The translations under genes were made by a program, and so were the position numbers. The notes under the pieces are model-generated. The model made no database searches. It saw only the letters and a program-made list of their open reading frames with translations, and was not told the DNA's origin. DNA of 64,000 nt from contig NW_025215370.1 in assembly GCF_004010195.1 (NCBI RefSeq), forward strand, positions 28,948 to 92,947, read 5' to 3'. Shown in pieces: positions 37,190 through 50,226 of the stretch; positions within the stretch are counted from its first letter, which is position 1, and the number at the start of each line of letters is the position of its first letter. This DNA comes from Chiloscyllium plagiosum (lineage: Eukaryota).

Positions 37190-37412
37190 TGAAGGAAACG
37201 TCCTCTATCTTATCGGCACACGGAGCCCAGGGCTGCGAATTGCTCATTTCCCAACAGGGGAACTGGCAGGAGCTGGGCCCAGAGCTGACAGTTTCCTGTT
37301 CGTTCCCAAACTCTCCACACTGTTGTTTTTCCAGGAGTCCGATCTGAGAGACGGACGCCCAAACGGTCCACTCTCTGTCCAGAGAGGATCAGGAACCCAG
37401 GAAGGCTGAGAG
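37190..37412 (+). promoter_or_regulatory. Candidate PEAR1 promoter / non-coding 5' UTR exon
   Basis: Overlapping GATA sites (ctatcttatc, 37205-37214), ETS cores (aggaaa ~37193, tttcctg ~37292) and donor GAG|GTGAGG at 37412/37413. The ATG exon begins with an acceptor, so an upstream UTR exon is required. Confidence 0.45.
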
Positions 37413-37600
37413 GTGAGGGAAAACCTCCTCAGATCACCCCCTCCCTATCCCTTAACACCTCCAGACCCGACATCCCTATCTCTGTAATCTCCTCCAGCCC
37501 CTTCCACGCTTCCCTGTCTCTGTCACCTCCTCCAGCCCCTACATCCCCTCCCTATCTGTCACCCCCCTCCAGCCCTGACCCCCCTCCCTGTCTCTGTCAA

Positions 37601-40140
37601 CACACTCACAGGCTGTCTGTCTCGCGCACACACACACTCACAGGCTGTCTGTCTCGCGCACACACACACTCACAGGCTGTCTGTCTCGCGCACACACACA
37701 CTCACAGGCTGTCTGTCTCGCGCACACACACACTCACAGGCTGTCTGTCTCGCGCACACACACACTCACAGGCTGTCTGTCTCGCGCACACACACACTCA
37801 CAGGCTGTCTGTCTCGCGCACACACACACTCACAGGCTGTCTGTCTCGCGCACACACACACTCACAGGCTGTCTGTCTCGCGCACACACACACTCACAGG
37901 CTGTCTGTCTCGCGCACACACACACTCACAGGCTGTCTGTCTCGCGCACACACACACTCACAGGCTGTCTGTCTCGCGCACACACACACTCACAGGCTGT
38001 CTGTCTCGCGCACACACACACTCACAGGCTGTCTGTCTCGCGCACACACACACTCACAGGCTGTCTGTCTCGCGCACACACACACTCACAGGCTGTCTGT
38101 CTCGCGCACACACACACTCACAGGCTGTCTGTCTCGCGCACACACACACTCACAGGCTGTCTGTCTCGCGCACACACACACTCACAGGCTGTCTGTCTCG
38201 CGCACACACACACTCACAGGCTGTCTGTCTCGCGCACACACACACTCACAGGCTGTCTGTCTCGCGCACACACACACTCACAGGCTGTCTGTCTCGCGCA
38301 CACACACACTCACAGGCTGTCTGTCTCGCGCACACACACACTCACAGGCTGTCTGTCTCGCGCACACACACACTCACAGGCTGTCTGTCTCGCGCACACA
38401 CACACTCACAGGCTGTCTGTCTCGCGCACACACACACTCACAGGCTGTCTGTCTCGCGCACACACACACTCACAGGCTGTCTGTCTCGCGCACACACACA
38501 CTCACAGGCTGTCTGTCTCGCGCACACACACACTCACAGGCTGTCTGTCTCGCGCACACACACACTCACAGGCTGTCTGTCTCGCGCACACACACACTCA
38601 CAGGCTGTCTGTCTCGCGCACACACACACTCACAGGCTGTCTGTCTCGCGCACACACACACTCACAGGCTGTCTGTCTCGCGCACACACACACTCACAGG
38701 CTGTCTGTCTCGCGCACACACACACTCACAGGCTGTCTGTCTCGCGCACACACACACTCACAGGCTGTCTGTCTCGCGCACACACACACTCACAGGCTGT
38801 CTGTCTCGCGCACACACACACTCACAGGCTGTCTGTCTCGCGCACACACACACTCACAGGCTGTCTGTCTCGCGCACACACACACTCACAGGCTGTCTGT
38901 CTCGCGCACACACACACTCACAGGCTGTCTGTCTCGCGCACACACACACTCACAGGCTGTCTGTCTCGCGCACACACACACTCACAGGCTGTCTGTCTCG
39001 CGCACACACACACTCACAGGCTGTCTGTCTCGCGCACACACACACTCACAGGCTGTCTGTCTCGCGCACACACACACTCACAGGCTGTCTGTCTCGCGCA
39101 CACACACACTCACAGGCTGTCTGTCTCGCGCACACACACACTCACAGGCTGTCTGTCTCGCGCACACACACACTCACAGGCTGTCTGTCTCGCGCACACA
39201 CACACTCACAGGCTGTCTGTCTCGCGCACACACACACTCACAGGCTGTCTGTCTCGCGCACACACACACTCACAGGCTGTCTGTCTCGCGCACACACACA
39301 CTCACAGGCTGTCTGTCTCGCGCACACACACACTCACAGGCTGTCTGTCTCGCGCACACACACACTCACAGGCTGTCTGTCTCGCGCACACACACACTCA
39401 CAGGCTGTCTGTCTCGCGCACACACACACTCACAGGCTGTCTGTCTCGCGCACACACACACTCACAGGCTGTCTGTCTCGCGCACACACACACTCACAGG
39501 CTGTCTGTCTCGCGCACACACACACTCACAGGCTGTCTGTCTCGCGCACACACACACTCACAGGCTGTCTGTCTCGCGCACACACACACTCACAGGCTGT
39601 CTGTCTCGCGCACACACACACTCACAGGCTGTCTGTCTCGCGCACACACACACTCACAGGCTGTCTGTCTCGCGCACACACACACTCACAGGCTGTCTGT
39701 CTCGCGCACACACACACTCACAGGCTGTCTGTCTCGCGCACACACACACTCACAGGCTGTCTGTCTCGCGCACACACACACTCACAGGCTGTCTGTCTCG
39801 CGCACACACACACTCACAGGCTGTCTGTCTCGCGCACACACACACTCACAGGCTGTCTGTCTCGCGCACACACACACTCACAGGCTGTCTGTCTCGCGCA
39901 CACACACACTCACAGGCTGTCTGTCTCGCGCACACACACACTCACAGGCTGTCTGTCTCGCGCACACACACACTCACAGGCTGTCTGTCTCGCGCACACA
40001 CACACTCACAGGCTGTCTGTCTCGCGCACACACACACTCACAGGCTGTCTGTCTCGCGCACACACACACTCACAGGCTGTCTGTCTCGCGCGCACACACA
40101 CACTCACAGGCTGTCTGTCTCGCGCACACACACACTCACA
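37601..40140. repeat. Near-perfect 32-bp tandem array (cacactcacaggctgtctgtctcgcgcacaca), ~79 copies, in putative PEAR1 intron 1
   Basis: Units look identical by eye except one extra CG near 40090. Confidence 0.97.
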
Positions 40141-40710
40141 GACTGTCTCTCTCACACACACTCTCTCTTACACACACTCTCACACACACTCTCTCTTACA
40201 CACACTCTCACACACACACTCTCTTACACACACTTTCACAGACTCTCTCTCTGACACGCACACTCTCAGACTCTCTCTCGTACACACACTAATGTACACA
40301 CCCACTAACTCCCAAACCTCTCAAATTCTAACAGGCCCAGACAGCGGGTAAGGCAGGAAGGATGTTCCCCATGATCCGGGAGGGGGAGTCCAGAACCATG
40401 GGGGTGGTCATAGTCTGAATGGGACGGAGTGGGACTGAGATGGGGAGAAATGTCTTCACCGTGAGAGTGGGGAGGGGGTACCTGTGGGATTCTCTCCCAC
40501 AGAAAGCCGAGGACATGGAATGTTTTTGAGAAGGAGTTGGATGGAGATGTTGGGACTAAAGGGATCAAAGTGGGGACTGAGTTGGATGATCAGCCACAAT
40601 CCCATCGAACGGGAGAGCAGTTTCGAGCAGCCAAATGCTCCCCGCTCCTACTCTCCATGTTTCTGCGTTTGGTATTTGACTCTCTCATCTCTGTGTGTTT
40701 CCCTTTCAGG

Positions 40711-40817
40711 ATGAAGCCATTGTGCATGTTGCCCGAGGTCCTCCTGCTCTGCAGCCTCCTCCTACCGGCCTGCCCTTTGAATCCAAGTGACCCTAACGTG
40801 TGCAGCCGCTGGGAAAG
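40711..40817 (+). CDS. PEAR1: PEAR1 first coding exon: signal peptide and EMI start, MKPLCMLPEVLLLCSLLLPACPLNPSDPNVCSRWES
   Basis: ccctttcag acceptor one base before ATG; AG|gtgag donor. LNPSDPN.CS.WES is PEAR1-like (MEGF10 LNLEDPN, MEGF11 LNPEDPN, from memory). Confidence 0.88.
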
Positions 40818-41207
40818 GTGAGAGGTCAAGTAGACGGCGTCGTGGTTGGCAGGAGGAGGGAGGGGAACTGACAGTGGGGTGGTGGAGGGATTGGGTGAAG
40901 GAGTATGTGCGAGTGGGAGAAGGTTGGGGCTTGAGGAGTATCAGAGGTGGGAGTGCAGAGGGAAAGGGACCAATACCTTTCAAATCCATGACCTCTGAAC
41001 CCGCCTGGAAGGACAAGGGCAGCAGCAGGTACATGGCAACAGCACCAAGTTCCTGCCAAGAGATTTCTTTTCATCCCAGGAGCTACCGAGGAACCTTCAG
41101 CCGCTGAAGAACCAGGCCCGGGCCTGGAGGGTCGCCTAGCAACTGTCGGTCAATTAACAACCTGCTCCTCTCTCTCTCTCTTCCATCCCCCCCCCACCAC
41201 TTTTCAG

Positions 41208-41309
41208 CTACTCAGTCACCAAGCAGGAGGCTTTGCTGACGCCACACGACGAGCCCTACAAGGAGGACTGCGACGACCCCAGGAGCCGCTTCAGGTGCAC
41301 CAGACACAA
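41208..41309 (+). CDS. PEAR1: PEAR1 coding exon 2 (EMI): YSVTKQEALLTPHDEPYKEDCDDPRSRFRCTRHK
   Basis: ttttcag / gtgag; 102 nt, phase 2-2. Confidence 0.9.
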
Positions 41310-41604
41310 GTGAGAGCAAGAGGCCTGGTTGCGGCCTAGTTGTGAGGCTTCAGTGCCCCCTCCTTCCCCATCCTCCTCTGGTCAGACACGATGTGCGGCC
41401 CCGCTTCAGAGCGTCTGCTAACTACTTTGCCGCCTTGTCATTTGGATGCCACCTGCGAGTCAGGAGACTCGGCAACCCATCCGCTCACAGCAAGATCCCA
41501 CAAGATCTCTCGGATGCGTTCGGTCGAGGGGATTAAATACATCTTGACGCAGGGTAGCGTCCTCCCCACCCAGTGATGGTCACTGTTTGGTTTACAGGTT
41601 ATGA

Positions 41605-42120
41605 ATTGTAGACTCCCTACAGTATAGAAGCAGGCCCTTCAGCCCAACAAATCCATACCAACCCTCTGAAGAATAATCCACCCAGACCCATTCCCCTACC
41701 CTATCACTCTACATTTACCCCTGACTAATGCACTTAACCTACACATCCCTGGGCAATATGGGACAATTTAGCATGGCCAATCCACCCTAACCTGCACATC
41801 CCTGGACACTATGGGACACTTTAGCATGGCCAATCCACCCTAACCTGCACATCCCTGGGCCCTATGGGACACTTTAGCATGGCCAATCCACCCTAACCTG
41901 CACATCCCTGGACACAAGGGGGAATTTAGCATGACCAATCCACCCTAAACGGCACATCTTTGGATTTTGGGAGGAAACCGGAGCACCCTGAGTTAACCCG
42001 CGCAAGCATGGGGGGAGAATGTGCAAACTCCATACAGACACTTGTACTGAGGGTGGAATCAAACCCGGGTCCCTGGTGCCGTGAGGTAGTGGTGCAACCA
42101 CTGAGCCACTGTGCTGCCCG
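41605..42120 (-). mobile_element. HE1-type V-SINE with ~4 internal 53-bp units
   Basis: Head gggcagcacagtggctcagtggttgcacc...gggtttgattcc; repeated tagcatggccaatccaccctaacctgcacatc. Confidence 0.85.
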
Positions 42121-42651
42121 ATTGGTTGCCGGATCTTTTCTCATTGCCTTTGTCACTTGGGCTGGTATTATCCAGGCCGGTCCCCCCAGTCAACATTCTG
42201 GGGCCACAGGGCGATTGCAATACTCTCAATTGTCAGCTAAAAACACCCTGTTGGGGTTCACAGTTGGGGTGACCTTTACCAGATGTGGGCCTACACGTGA
42301 CTCCAGACCACCCCCATGGCGACGTGGTTGATTCTTTAACGCCCCCTGGCCGATGAGGGATGAAAATACATGCTGACCTCACCAGCGACGCCCACATCCT
42401 GTGAATCGACCTGCGGCCTGGCCAATCAGAGCGCTGTTGCTAGGCTGAGCTCTCCTGAAACCATGTCAAATTGAGCCACTGTGATTGGCTTTGATGTCCC
42501 CGGAAAGTTGCACGGAGGGCAGTCATATGTCTCCCAAAGCCCCTTCCTTACTTTTTTCTTAAGCGGCGGCCACCCTATTCTCGTTTGTGGTCCGTGGTCT
42601 AAAACCAACCACGGATTTGGCCATTTCCCACTCTCTCGCCTTCCGTTGCAG

Positions 42652-42752
42652 GATCAGCTACCGTGTGACTTACCGCGTGGGGGTGCAGACCGAGTATCGC
42701 AAGCGAGCGCACTGCTGCCACGGATACTACGAGAGTCGGGGTCTCTGCGTGC
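42652..42752 (+). CDS. PEAR1: PEAR1 coding exon 3 (EMI end): ISYRVTYRVGVQTEYRKRAHCCHGYYESRGLCV
   Basis: ttgcag / gtgag; 101 nt, phase 2-1; CCHGYYESRGLCV resembles human PEAR1 CCHGFYESRGFCV. Confidence 0.92.
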
Positions 42753-43499
42753 GTGAGTAGCCGGATCTTTTACAGCTGATCGAGGGAGCCAGAAGTGGGT
42801 GTTGAGGCAAGGGTGTTAGTGCCGTGATCTGCTTGAGGGACAGGGTTGTACAATGGGGGCCGAATGGTCTCATGGCATTGCTCCCCATGAGCTGGGCAGT
42901 GGGGTGTGGAGAGAGACAGGTGTTGTCCAGACGGGCAGTGCCAAGGATGAACCCATTGCTACGTTGGCAGAGTCCCTAGAATATGGGAGCAGGAGTTGAC
43001 CATTCGGCCCTTCCATCTTCTCCACCATTCAGTGGCTGATTGTCCAATTCAATCCCCTGTTCCTGCTTTGATCACTTTAGTCCTGGGATCTATACCCAAA
43101 TCCTTCTTGCAAACATTCAGTGTATGAGTCTTGATCGCTTTCTGTGGGAGACACTCCCACAAGCTCCCCCCACTCTTTGGTGTAGATATTTCTCCCCCTC
43201 GACTGTGACCCCCTGGTTGACACCACTCCCTCCTGGGTCAGCAGAAACATCCATCCTCCCTTCCCCGTGCCTAGTCCTTTTAGAATTTTGCTGGTTTCCA
43301 AGAGATTCTCCCCCTCATTCTTCAAAACGCCCGGTGAACACAGGCCCGGGCTCTCTTCAGGGAACAGAGCCAGTCGAAATGCGGAAACGTAGGTCCCTGG
43401 TGATCCCCTGTCAGTTCGTGCTTGAGCTGGGAACTTCAGCTGGGACAGATGGTGGTGTAGGCTGGACCCCCGACGAAGAGAGAGAGATTCCTTGTTCAA

Positions 43500-45620
43500 C
43501 AAGCATCCCGAGAGAGAAAGAGAGCGAGAGAGGGGGGGAAGATAGAGAGGCTCCATCTTTCATAGGACTCCCTGATGGACAAACAGAGAGAGAGAGAGAC
43601 TCCCTCTTTTAACAGGGGTCCCTGACACAGAGAGAGAGAGAGAGAGAGAGAGACTCCCACTTTAACAAGGGTCCCTGACAGAGAGAGAGAGAGAGAGAGA
43701 GACTCCCACTTTAACAAGGGTCCCTGACAGAGAGAGAGAGAGAGACTCCCTCTTTAACAAGGGACCCTGACAGACAGAGAGAGGGGAGGGAAGAGAGAGG
43801 GAGAGAGAGAGACTCCCTTTTAACAGGGGTCCCTGACAGACAGAGAGAGAGAGAGAGACTCCCTCTTTAACAGGGGTCCCTGACAGAGAGAGAGAGAGAG
43901 AGACTCCCTTTTTAACAAGGGTGCCTGACAGATAAAGAGAGAGAGAGACTCCCACTTTAACAGGGGTCCCTGACAGAGAGAGAGAGAGAGAGAGAGAGAC
44001 TCCCTCTTTAACAAGGGTGCCTGACAGATAAAGAGAGAGAGAGAGAGAGACTCCCTCTTTAACAAGGGACCCTGACAGACAGAGAGAGAGAGGGGAGGGA
44101 AGAGAGAGGGAGAGAGAGAGACTCCCTTTTAACAGGGGTCCCTGACAGAGAGAGAGAGAGAGAGACTCCCTCTTTAACAAGGGTGCCTGACAGATAAAGA
44201 GAGAGAGAGACTCCCACTTTAACAGGGGTCCCTGACAGAGAGAGAGAGAGAGAGGAAAACAGATTCCCACTTTAACAGGGGTCCCTGACAGAGAGAGAGA
44301 CTTCCTCTTTAACAGGGGTCCCTGATATAGAGTGAGACAGACAGAGAGGGAGAGAGAGAGATTCCCTCTTTAACAAGGTCTCTGACAGAGAGTGAGAGAG
44401 AGAGAGACTTCCTCTTTAACAGGGGTACCTGATATAGAGCGAGACAGACAGAGAGGGAGAGAGAGCGATTCCCTCTTTAACCATGGATCCCTGATATATA
44501 GAGAGAGAGAGTAAGAGAGACTCCCTCTTTAACAAGGTCCTTGACAGAAAGAGAGAGACTTCATCTTTAACAGGGGTCTCTGACAGAGAGAGATAGAGAG
44601 AGTATGAGACTCCCTCTTTAACAAGAGTCCCCTGACAGAGAGAGAGAGAGAGAGAGATGGATAGAAAGACTCCCTCTTTAACAGGGGTCCCTGACACAGA
44701 GAGAGAGAGAGACTCCCTCTTTAACAGGGGTCCTAGACAGAGAGAGAGAGAGAAAGAGAGACTCCCTCTTTAACAAGAGTCCCTGAGAGAGAGAGAGAGA
44801 GAGAGAGAGATGGACACAGACAGACAGCCCTTTAACAGGGATCCCTGATGGACACAGAGGCGGGGGACAGAGAGGGGAACGGGGGAGAGAAAAAGGGGAG
44901 AGTTGAGGAGGGTGTGATTAGGAACAGAGAAAGAGAGTGAGTTAGAGAGAGACACAGAGAGAAACTGCAGGATGGGTGCAAACAGAGATAAGTACAGATA
45001 TAGATAGAAGGAAAACAGAGTGACGGAGAGTGTGTCACGGTGAGAGATTTACAGAAGGAGAGCTAGGGAAAGAGTATCAGAGAGGGGTTCGAAGGAGACA
45101 TAGAGAGGGAAAGGCACACAGAGAGAGAGAGAGATATAGAGAGAGATATCGAATGAGAGAATTAGAAAGGGGGTTTCGAGAGAGAGAAAAACAGAGGTTG
45201 GAGGGGTGCAAAAAGACAGAGAGAGAGAGAGAGATAGAGAATTAGAGGCAGACACAGAGTTAGAGACAGCCAGAATGAGAGCAAAAGAGAGTCACACTTG
45301 AGAAATGAACAGACAGGCAGAGATAGAGGATAGAAATAGTGTAATACATAAAGAAATACGGAGAGAAGGATGGGTTGACAGATCAAGCGAGAGATACTGA
45401 CTGCGTCTGAGAGAGAGAGAGAGACAAAGAGATACTGAAAGAGAGCGAAAGAAATATGGAAGAAAAAGAGTGAGTGTGAGCAAGGGACAGACACAGGGAT
45501 ACAGAGAGGGGGGACAGAAAAAGAGGCAGAGAGACAGCGAGAGAGAGAGACTGAGATGTAAGGAGGGAAAGAAAATTTGAGAGAAAGATGACAGAAAAAA
45601 GAGAGAGAGAGTGATGGAGA
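43500..45620. repeat. GA-rich satellite (actccctctttaacaggggtccctgaca + (GA)n) to ~44850, then purine-rich low complexity
   Basis: Directly visible. Confidence 0.9.
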
Positions 45621-46907
45621 AGATGCCATATAGTAAGTGTGTTGTTCCCAGCTCAGTGTGTGTGAGGCCTCAGCAATGCCTGAGCGGGAAAGGTCAGGCC
45701 TCAGAGAGGGTAAGCCAAGAGAGTGAGACAACAAGATCATGGCCCCAGTGAGTGTTCCCACATGCCGCACTCACTGAAAATCTCAAAGCCAAAGTTTTCC
45801 ATCTCGTCTACACATCTCCCTCACATGAAAAACAACCAAACTGTCGAAATGCGGGCAGTGGGGGCTGTAGGCATCTGGAACAGTCAAGGCCCGGCCTCGC
45901 GATCAAACCCTGGCCTCGTCTCACAGCAGGCTGGTGTTTCAAAATGGCTGCCCTCACCATCTTCCATTGACATGATCACTGAGGTGTTGATGACTAGAGA
46001 AGATGGCGACTGTTTGAGGGAAGGTGGAGGTTGATGCTTGGTGTGCACAGGGTCACCCTTCCCTTCCTTCCCTTTTTCTATTGTAATCCTGCCCTCCGCT
46101 GACCCTTGAACTTGAAGCTGCTCAGATGGTGCCTGGAGGCCGTGTTTGATGTCATGAGCGATTGCCTGCCTTGCCTACTTCACAGACTGGCAGAAAGGAG
46201 GTCACTCAGGCCATCAGGTCCTGCTAGTTCCATGAAAAAAAATTCTCTAAATATTCCCATGCTCCCCCACACACCTCCCCTCAGCCCCAATGTCTCCTGC
46301 AGATCTTTCCCGAATCTCCCCCACTTCCTTTTGAAAGCTCCTGTTGAATCTGCTCCCTCCCACCTTCTTGCAGCCAGTAAAGTGCTTCCTTTTCTTCCAA
46401 GGATGTCATAATTTCGGAGGTGCGCACAGCAAGATCCCAAGGGGGGAAGCTTCATGAGGAGACCCCAGATCGTCAAGTTTATTTTCTTTTTCTTTTGGTT
46501 GAAAGCCGGGTCAGCTAAATCAATCCCACCTCCTGCCCTGCCAGACTGCACTGCTCCTCATCCCTGTTCTTTAACCGGTACCCACCCAGTCAAGGGACAA
46601 AAGGACTTGAAATGGGGTGGGGGAGGGTTCAATGTCCCCCCATTCTTCCCCACCCCCCCGCCCCATCCTTCCCAATCGGCGTCTCATTGTACACTCAAGC
46701 GTCGGGGATCTTTCCCTGACCTGGAAGCGGCGCTAGGGCTCTCTTGCAGCTGGAGGATCTTGCTCAGCAAGATCCTGCGAATGTTTCCTGGGAAGGGGGG
46801 GTGGGGTTGGTGGAGGGATAAACTACCTCCAAGCCCAAACAAAAGAAAATGTGGGGGTGGGTGGGTGGAATGGATAACGAAGGGAGGGGCGTCACTAAAG
46901 GATATAG

Positions 46908-47054
<147 letters not shown>

Positions 47055-47314
47055 TAGAGATGACCAACAAGTAAGCACACCCTTCAGTCCAACTCATCCA
47101 TGCTGACCCAGAGATCCCAAATTGTATTCTATTTACCAGCATTTGGCCGTTATCCCTCTGTACTGTTCCAAAAGGGGCATTGGTCAGGCCGTGGAGACCT
47201 AAAAAACAGGCTATTTGGCCCTTCAAGCATGCTCCTCCATTCAACAGCATCATCCTGTTACCCTTTGGTCCTGAGGTCTCAATCCTACTCCTCCTTGAAA
47301 CCATTCATATATTA

Positions 47315-47845
47315 ATCATAGAATCCCTACAGTATGGAAACAGGCCCTTCGGCCCAACAAGTCCACACCAACCCTCCGAGCTGTAACCTACCCAGACCCA
47401 TTCCACTACGTTTACCCCTGACAAATGCACCCAATCTACATATCCTTGGACACTACAGGACAATTTAGCATGGCCAATCCACCCTAACCTGCACATCCCT
47501 GGGCACTACAGGACAATATAGCACGGCCAACCCACCCGAACCTGCACATCCCTGGCACTACGGGACAATTTAGCCTGACCAATCCATCCTAACCTGCACA
47601 TCCCTGGGCACTATGGGACAATTTAGCATGGCCAATCCACACTAACCTGCACATCCCTTGGCACTATGGGACAATTTTGCATGGCAAATCCACACTAGCC
47701 TGTACATCCCTTGGCACTATGAGACAATTTAGCATGGCCAATCCACCCTAACCTGCACATCCCTGGGCACTATGGGACAATTTAGCATGGCCAATCCAAC
47801 CTAACCTTCACATCCCTGGACACTACGGGACAATTTAGCAAGGCC
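47315..47845 (-). mobile_element. HE1-type V-SINE 3' part with ~8 internal 53-bp units
   Basis: SINE tail followed by tandem gggacaatttagcatggccaatccaccctaacctgcacatccctgggcactat. Confidence 0.85.
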
Positions 47846-48609
47846 AGGAACATGGAATTGAGGTTGAAATTGGCCACGTTCCTAGATCCAATATGGCAGA
47901 GCTGTGCTGAGAGGCTGGCTCCCACAGGTGTTGGCGAGGGTTGTGGAGGGGAATGTCTTGGGTCAGCTGCTTGACGTGGAGGTCAGGGAAAGGGCAAAGC
48001 AGTGAGGAGGTTTGTGGCATGGCCTCCCGGACAGGTTCCAACTTGGGTTGGAGGGCAGAACGCCAAATGAAACTTGACACAGCAGGACATGCGAGCAGTC
48101 GTGCTGGAGTTGAAGGAGCGTGGTGGAGGAGCAGAGACCGAGAGAGGAACTTGTTTTTCAAAGAGTGAACCATTCAAGATGTAACTCCTGCCTCCCGCTG
48201 GTCTAGCTTTCCCTGCTAGGGCCGGCTCTCCCTGAGGGAAGTGTGGCTCACTCCTCAAGGTCAAAGGCTGCTCTCTTCCCACGGCTTACAAGCTCTCCCT
48301 TCACTCACCCCCTCCCCCCACGGGACGTGCTGTGAAGAGACGGAGACCAGATGTGTGTGGCCAGGCATGGAATCTCTGGAATTCTCTGTCCCTCTGCTCA
48401 ACTCTGCAACTTCCCAGCACCCGGCCAGACACACGGTTCGGAACGGCACCGGAATCATTCCAGAACATTCTCCATCTGCTCGGAGACAAGACTCTTCCTA
48501 TGATCCTTTGCAGCACCCACTCCGCACCCCCGCCAACCCCCACTCCATCTCTCGTCAGTCAATTTTTCAGGCGTTGTTCAGAAATTGGTGAGAGACTCTC
48601 AATATCAGT

Positions 48610-49650
48610 ATGGAGGGAGCGGGCGCTGTGGGAGGGTCAGTGCTGAGGGAGTGCCGCACTGTCGGAGGGTCAGTGCTGAGNNNNNNNNNNNNNNNNNNNN
48701 NNNNNNNNNNNNNNNNNNNNNNNNNNNNNNNNNNNNNNNNNNNNNNNNNNNNNNNNNNNNNNNNNNNNNNNNNNNNNNNNNNNNNNNNNNNNNNNNNNNN
48801 NNNNNNNNNNNNNNNNNNNNNNNNNNNNNNNNNNNNNNNNNNNNNNNNNNNNNNNNNNNNNNNNNNNNNNNNNNNNNNNNNNNNNNNNNNNNNNNNNNNN
48901 NNNNNNNNNNNNNNNNNNNNNNNNNNNNNNNNNNNNNNNNNNNNNNNNNNNNNNNNNNNNNNNNNNNNNNNNNNNNNNNNNNNNNNNNNNNNNNNNNNNN
49001 NNNNNNNNNNNNNNNNNNNNNNNNNNNNNNNNNNNNNNNNNNNNNNNNNNNNNNNNNNNNNNNNNNNNNNNNNNNNNNNNNNNNNNNNNNNNNNNNNNNN
49101 NNNNNNNNNNNNNNNNNNNNNNNNNNNNNNNNNNNNNNNNNNNNNNNNNNNNNNNNNNNNNNNNNNNNNNNNNNNNNNNNNNNNNNNNNNNNNNNNNNNN
49201 NNNNNNNNNNNNNNNNNNNNNNNNNNNNNNNNNNNNNNNNNNNNNNNNNNNNNNNNNNNNNNNNNNNNNNNNNNNNNNNNNNNNNNNNNNNNNNNNNNNN
49301 NNNNNNNNNNNNNNNNNNNNNNNNNNNNNNNNNNNNNNNNNNNNNNNNNNNNNNNNNNNNNNNNNNNNNNNNNNNNNNNNNNNNNNNNNNNNNNNNNNNN
49401 NNNNNNNNNNNNNNNNNNNNNNNNNNNNNNNNNNNNNNNNNNNNNNNNNNNNNNNNNNNNNNNNNNNNNNNNNNNNNNNNNNNNNNNNNNNNNNNNNNNN
49501 NNNNNNNNNNNNNNNNNNNNNNNNNNNNNNNNNNNNNNNNNNNNNNNNNNNNNNNNNNNNNNNNNNNNNNNNNTGCTGAGGGAGCGGGCGCTATGGGAGG
49601 GTCAGCGCTGAGGGAGCGGGCGCTGTGGGAGGGTCAGCGTTGAGGGAGCA
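48610..49650. repeat. 32-bp satellite (G-rich strand) spanning an N gap
   Basis: gagggtcagtgctgagggagcgggcgctgtgg units on both sides of the gap. Confidence 0.8.
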
Positions 49651-49979
49651 CCACAGTTAGAGTGCCAGTGTGAAAGAATGTGTTGCTGGAATCTTTGTCT
49701 AATTTTTTGTTTATTCCTTTTTCTAACACACTCTGCCTCACTTTCTTTTTATATCCCTCCCCACTGTCTCCTACCCACCCTCTCTCTCCTTCCTCTGTCT
49801 CTTTCTCTATCTTGCTCTCTCTCTCTCGACACCCCTATCTCTCTGCACTCTCTTCCCTTCCTTCTGTTTTCTCTTTCTGTCTCTCACATTCTCTCCCTCC
49901 ATTTCTTTCTCCTTCGCTGCTTCTTTCCCTGTCTCTGTCGTCTTCCCTCTCCCTCATCCGTCCGCCTTCCACCACGCAG

Positions 49980-50226
49980 TGTGCTCTGACCTGTTGTGGG
50001 GACCGAACTGTAGCCAGAGGTGTGAGTGTCGGAATGGCGGACAGTGTGACCCCCTAACTGGCCATTGTTCCTGCACCCCTGGCTACACTGGCCTGCTGTG
50101 TGAAGGATCCTGCCGCCCGGGGACCTATGGGCAGGGCTGCTTGAGGCAGTGCCGGTGTCAGAACAGGGCACGGTGCGACTCGGTCACTGGAGCTTGCGAC
50201 TGCATCAATGGGACGACCGGCGGACT
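49980..50226 (+). CDS. PEAR1: PEAR1 coding exon 5: VCSDLLWGPNCSQRCECRNGGQCDPLTGHC...CDSVTGACDCINGTTGGL
   Basis: cacgcag / gtgag; 247 nt, phase 1-2; two EGF/laminin-EGF modules. Confidence 0.93.

Noticed and set aside
46756..46778. 23-nt palindrome aggatcttgctcagcaagatcct
   Set aside because: Short, and built from the cagcaagatcc motif common in SINE tails here; no support for function.
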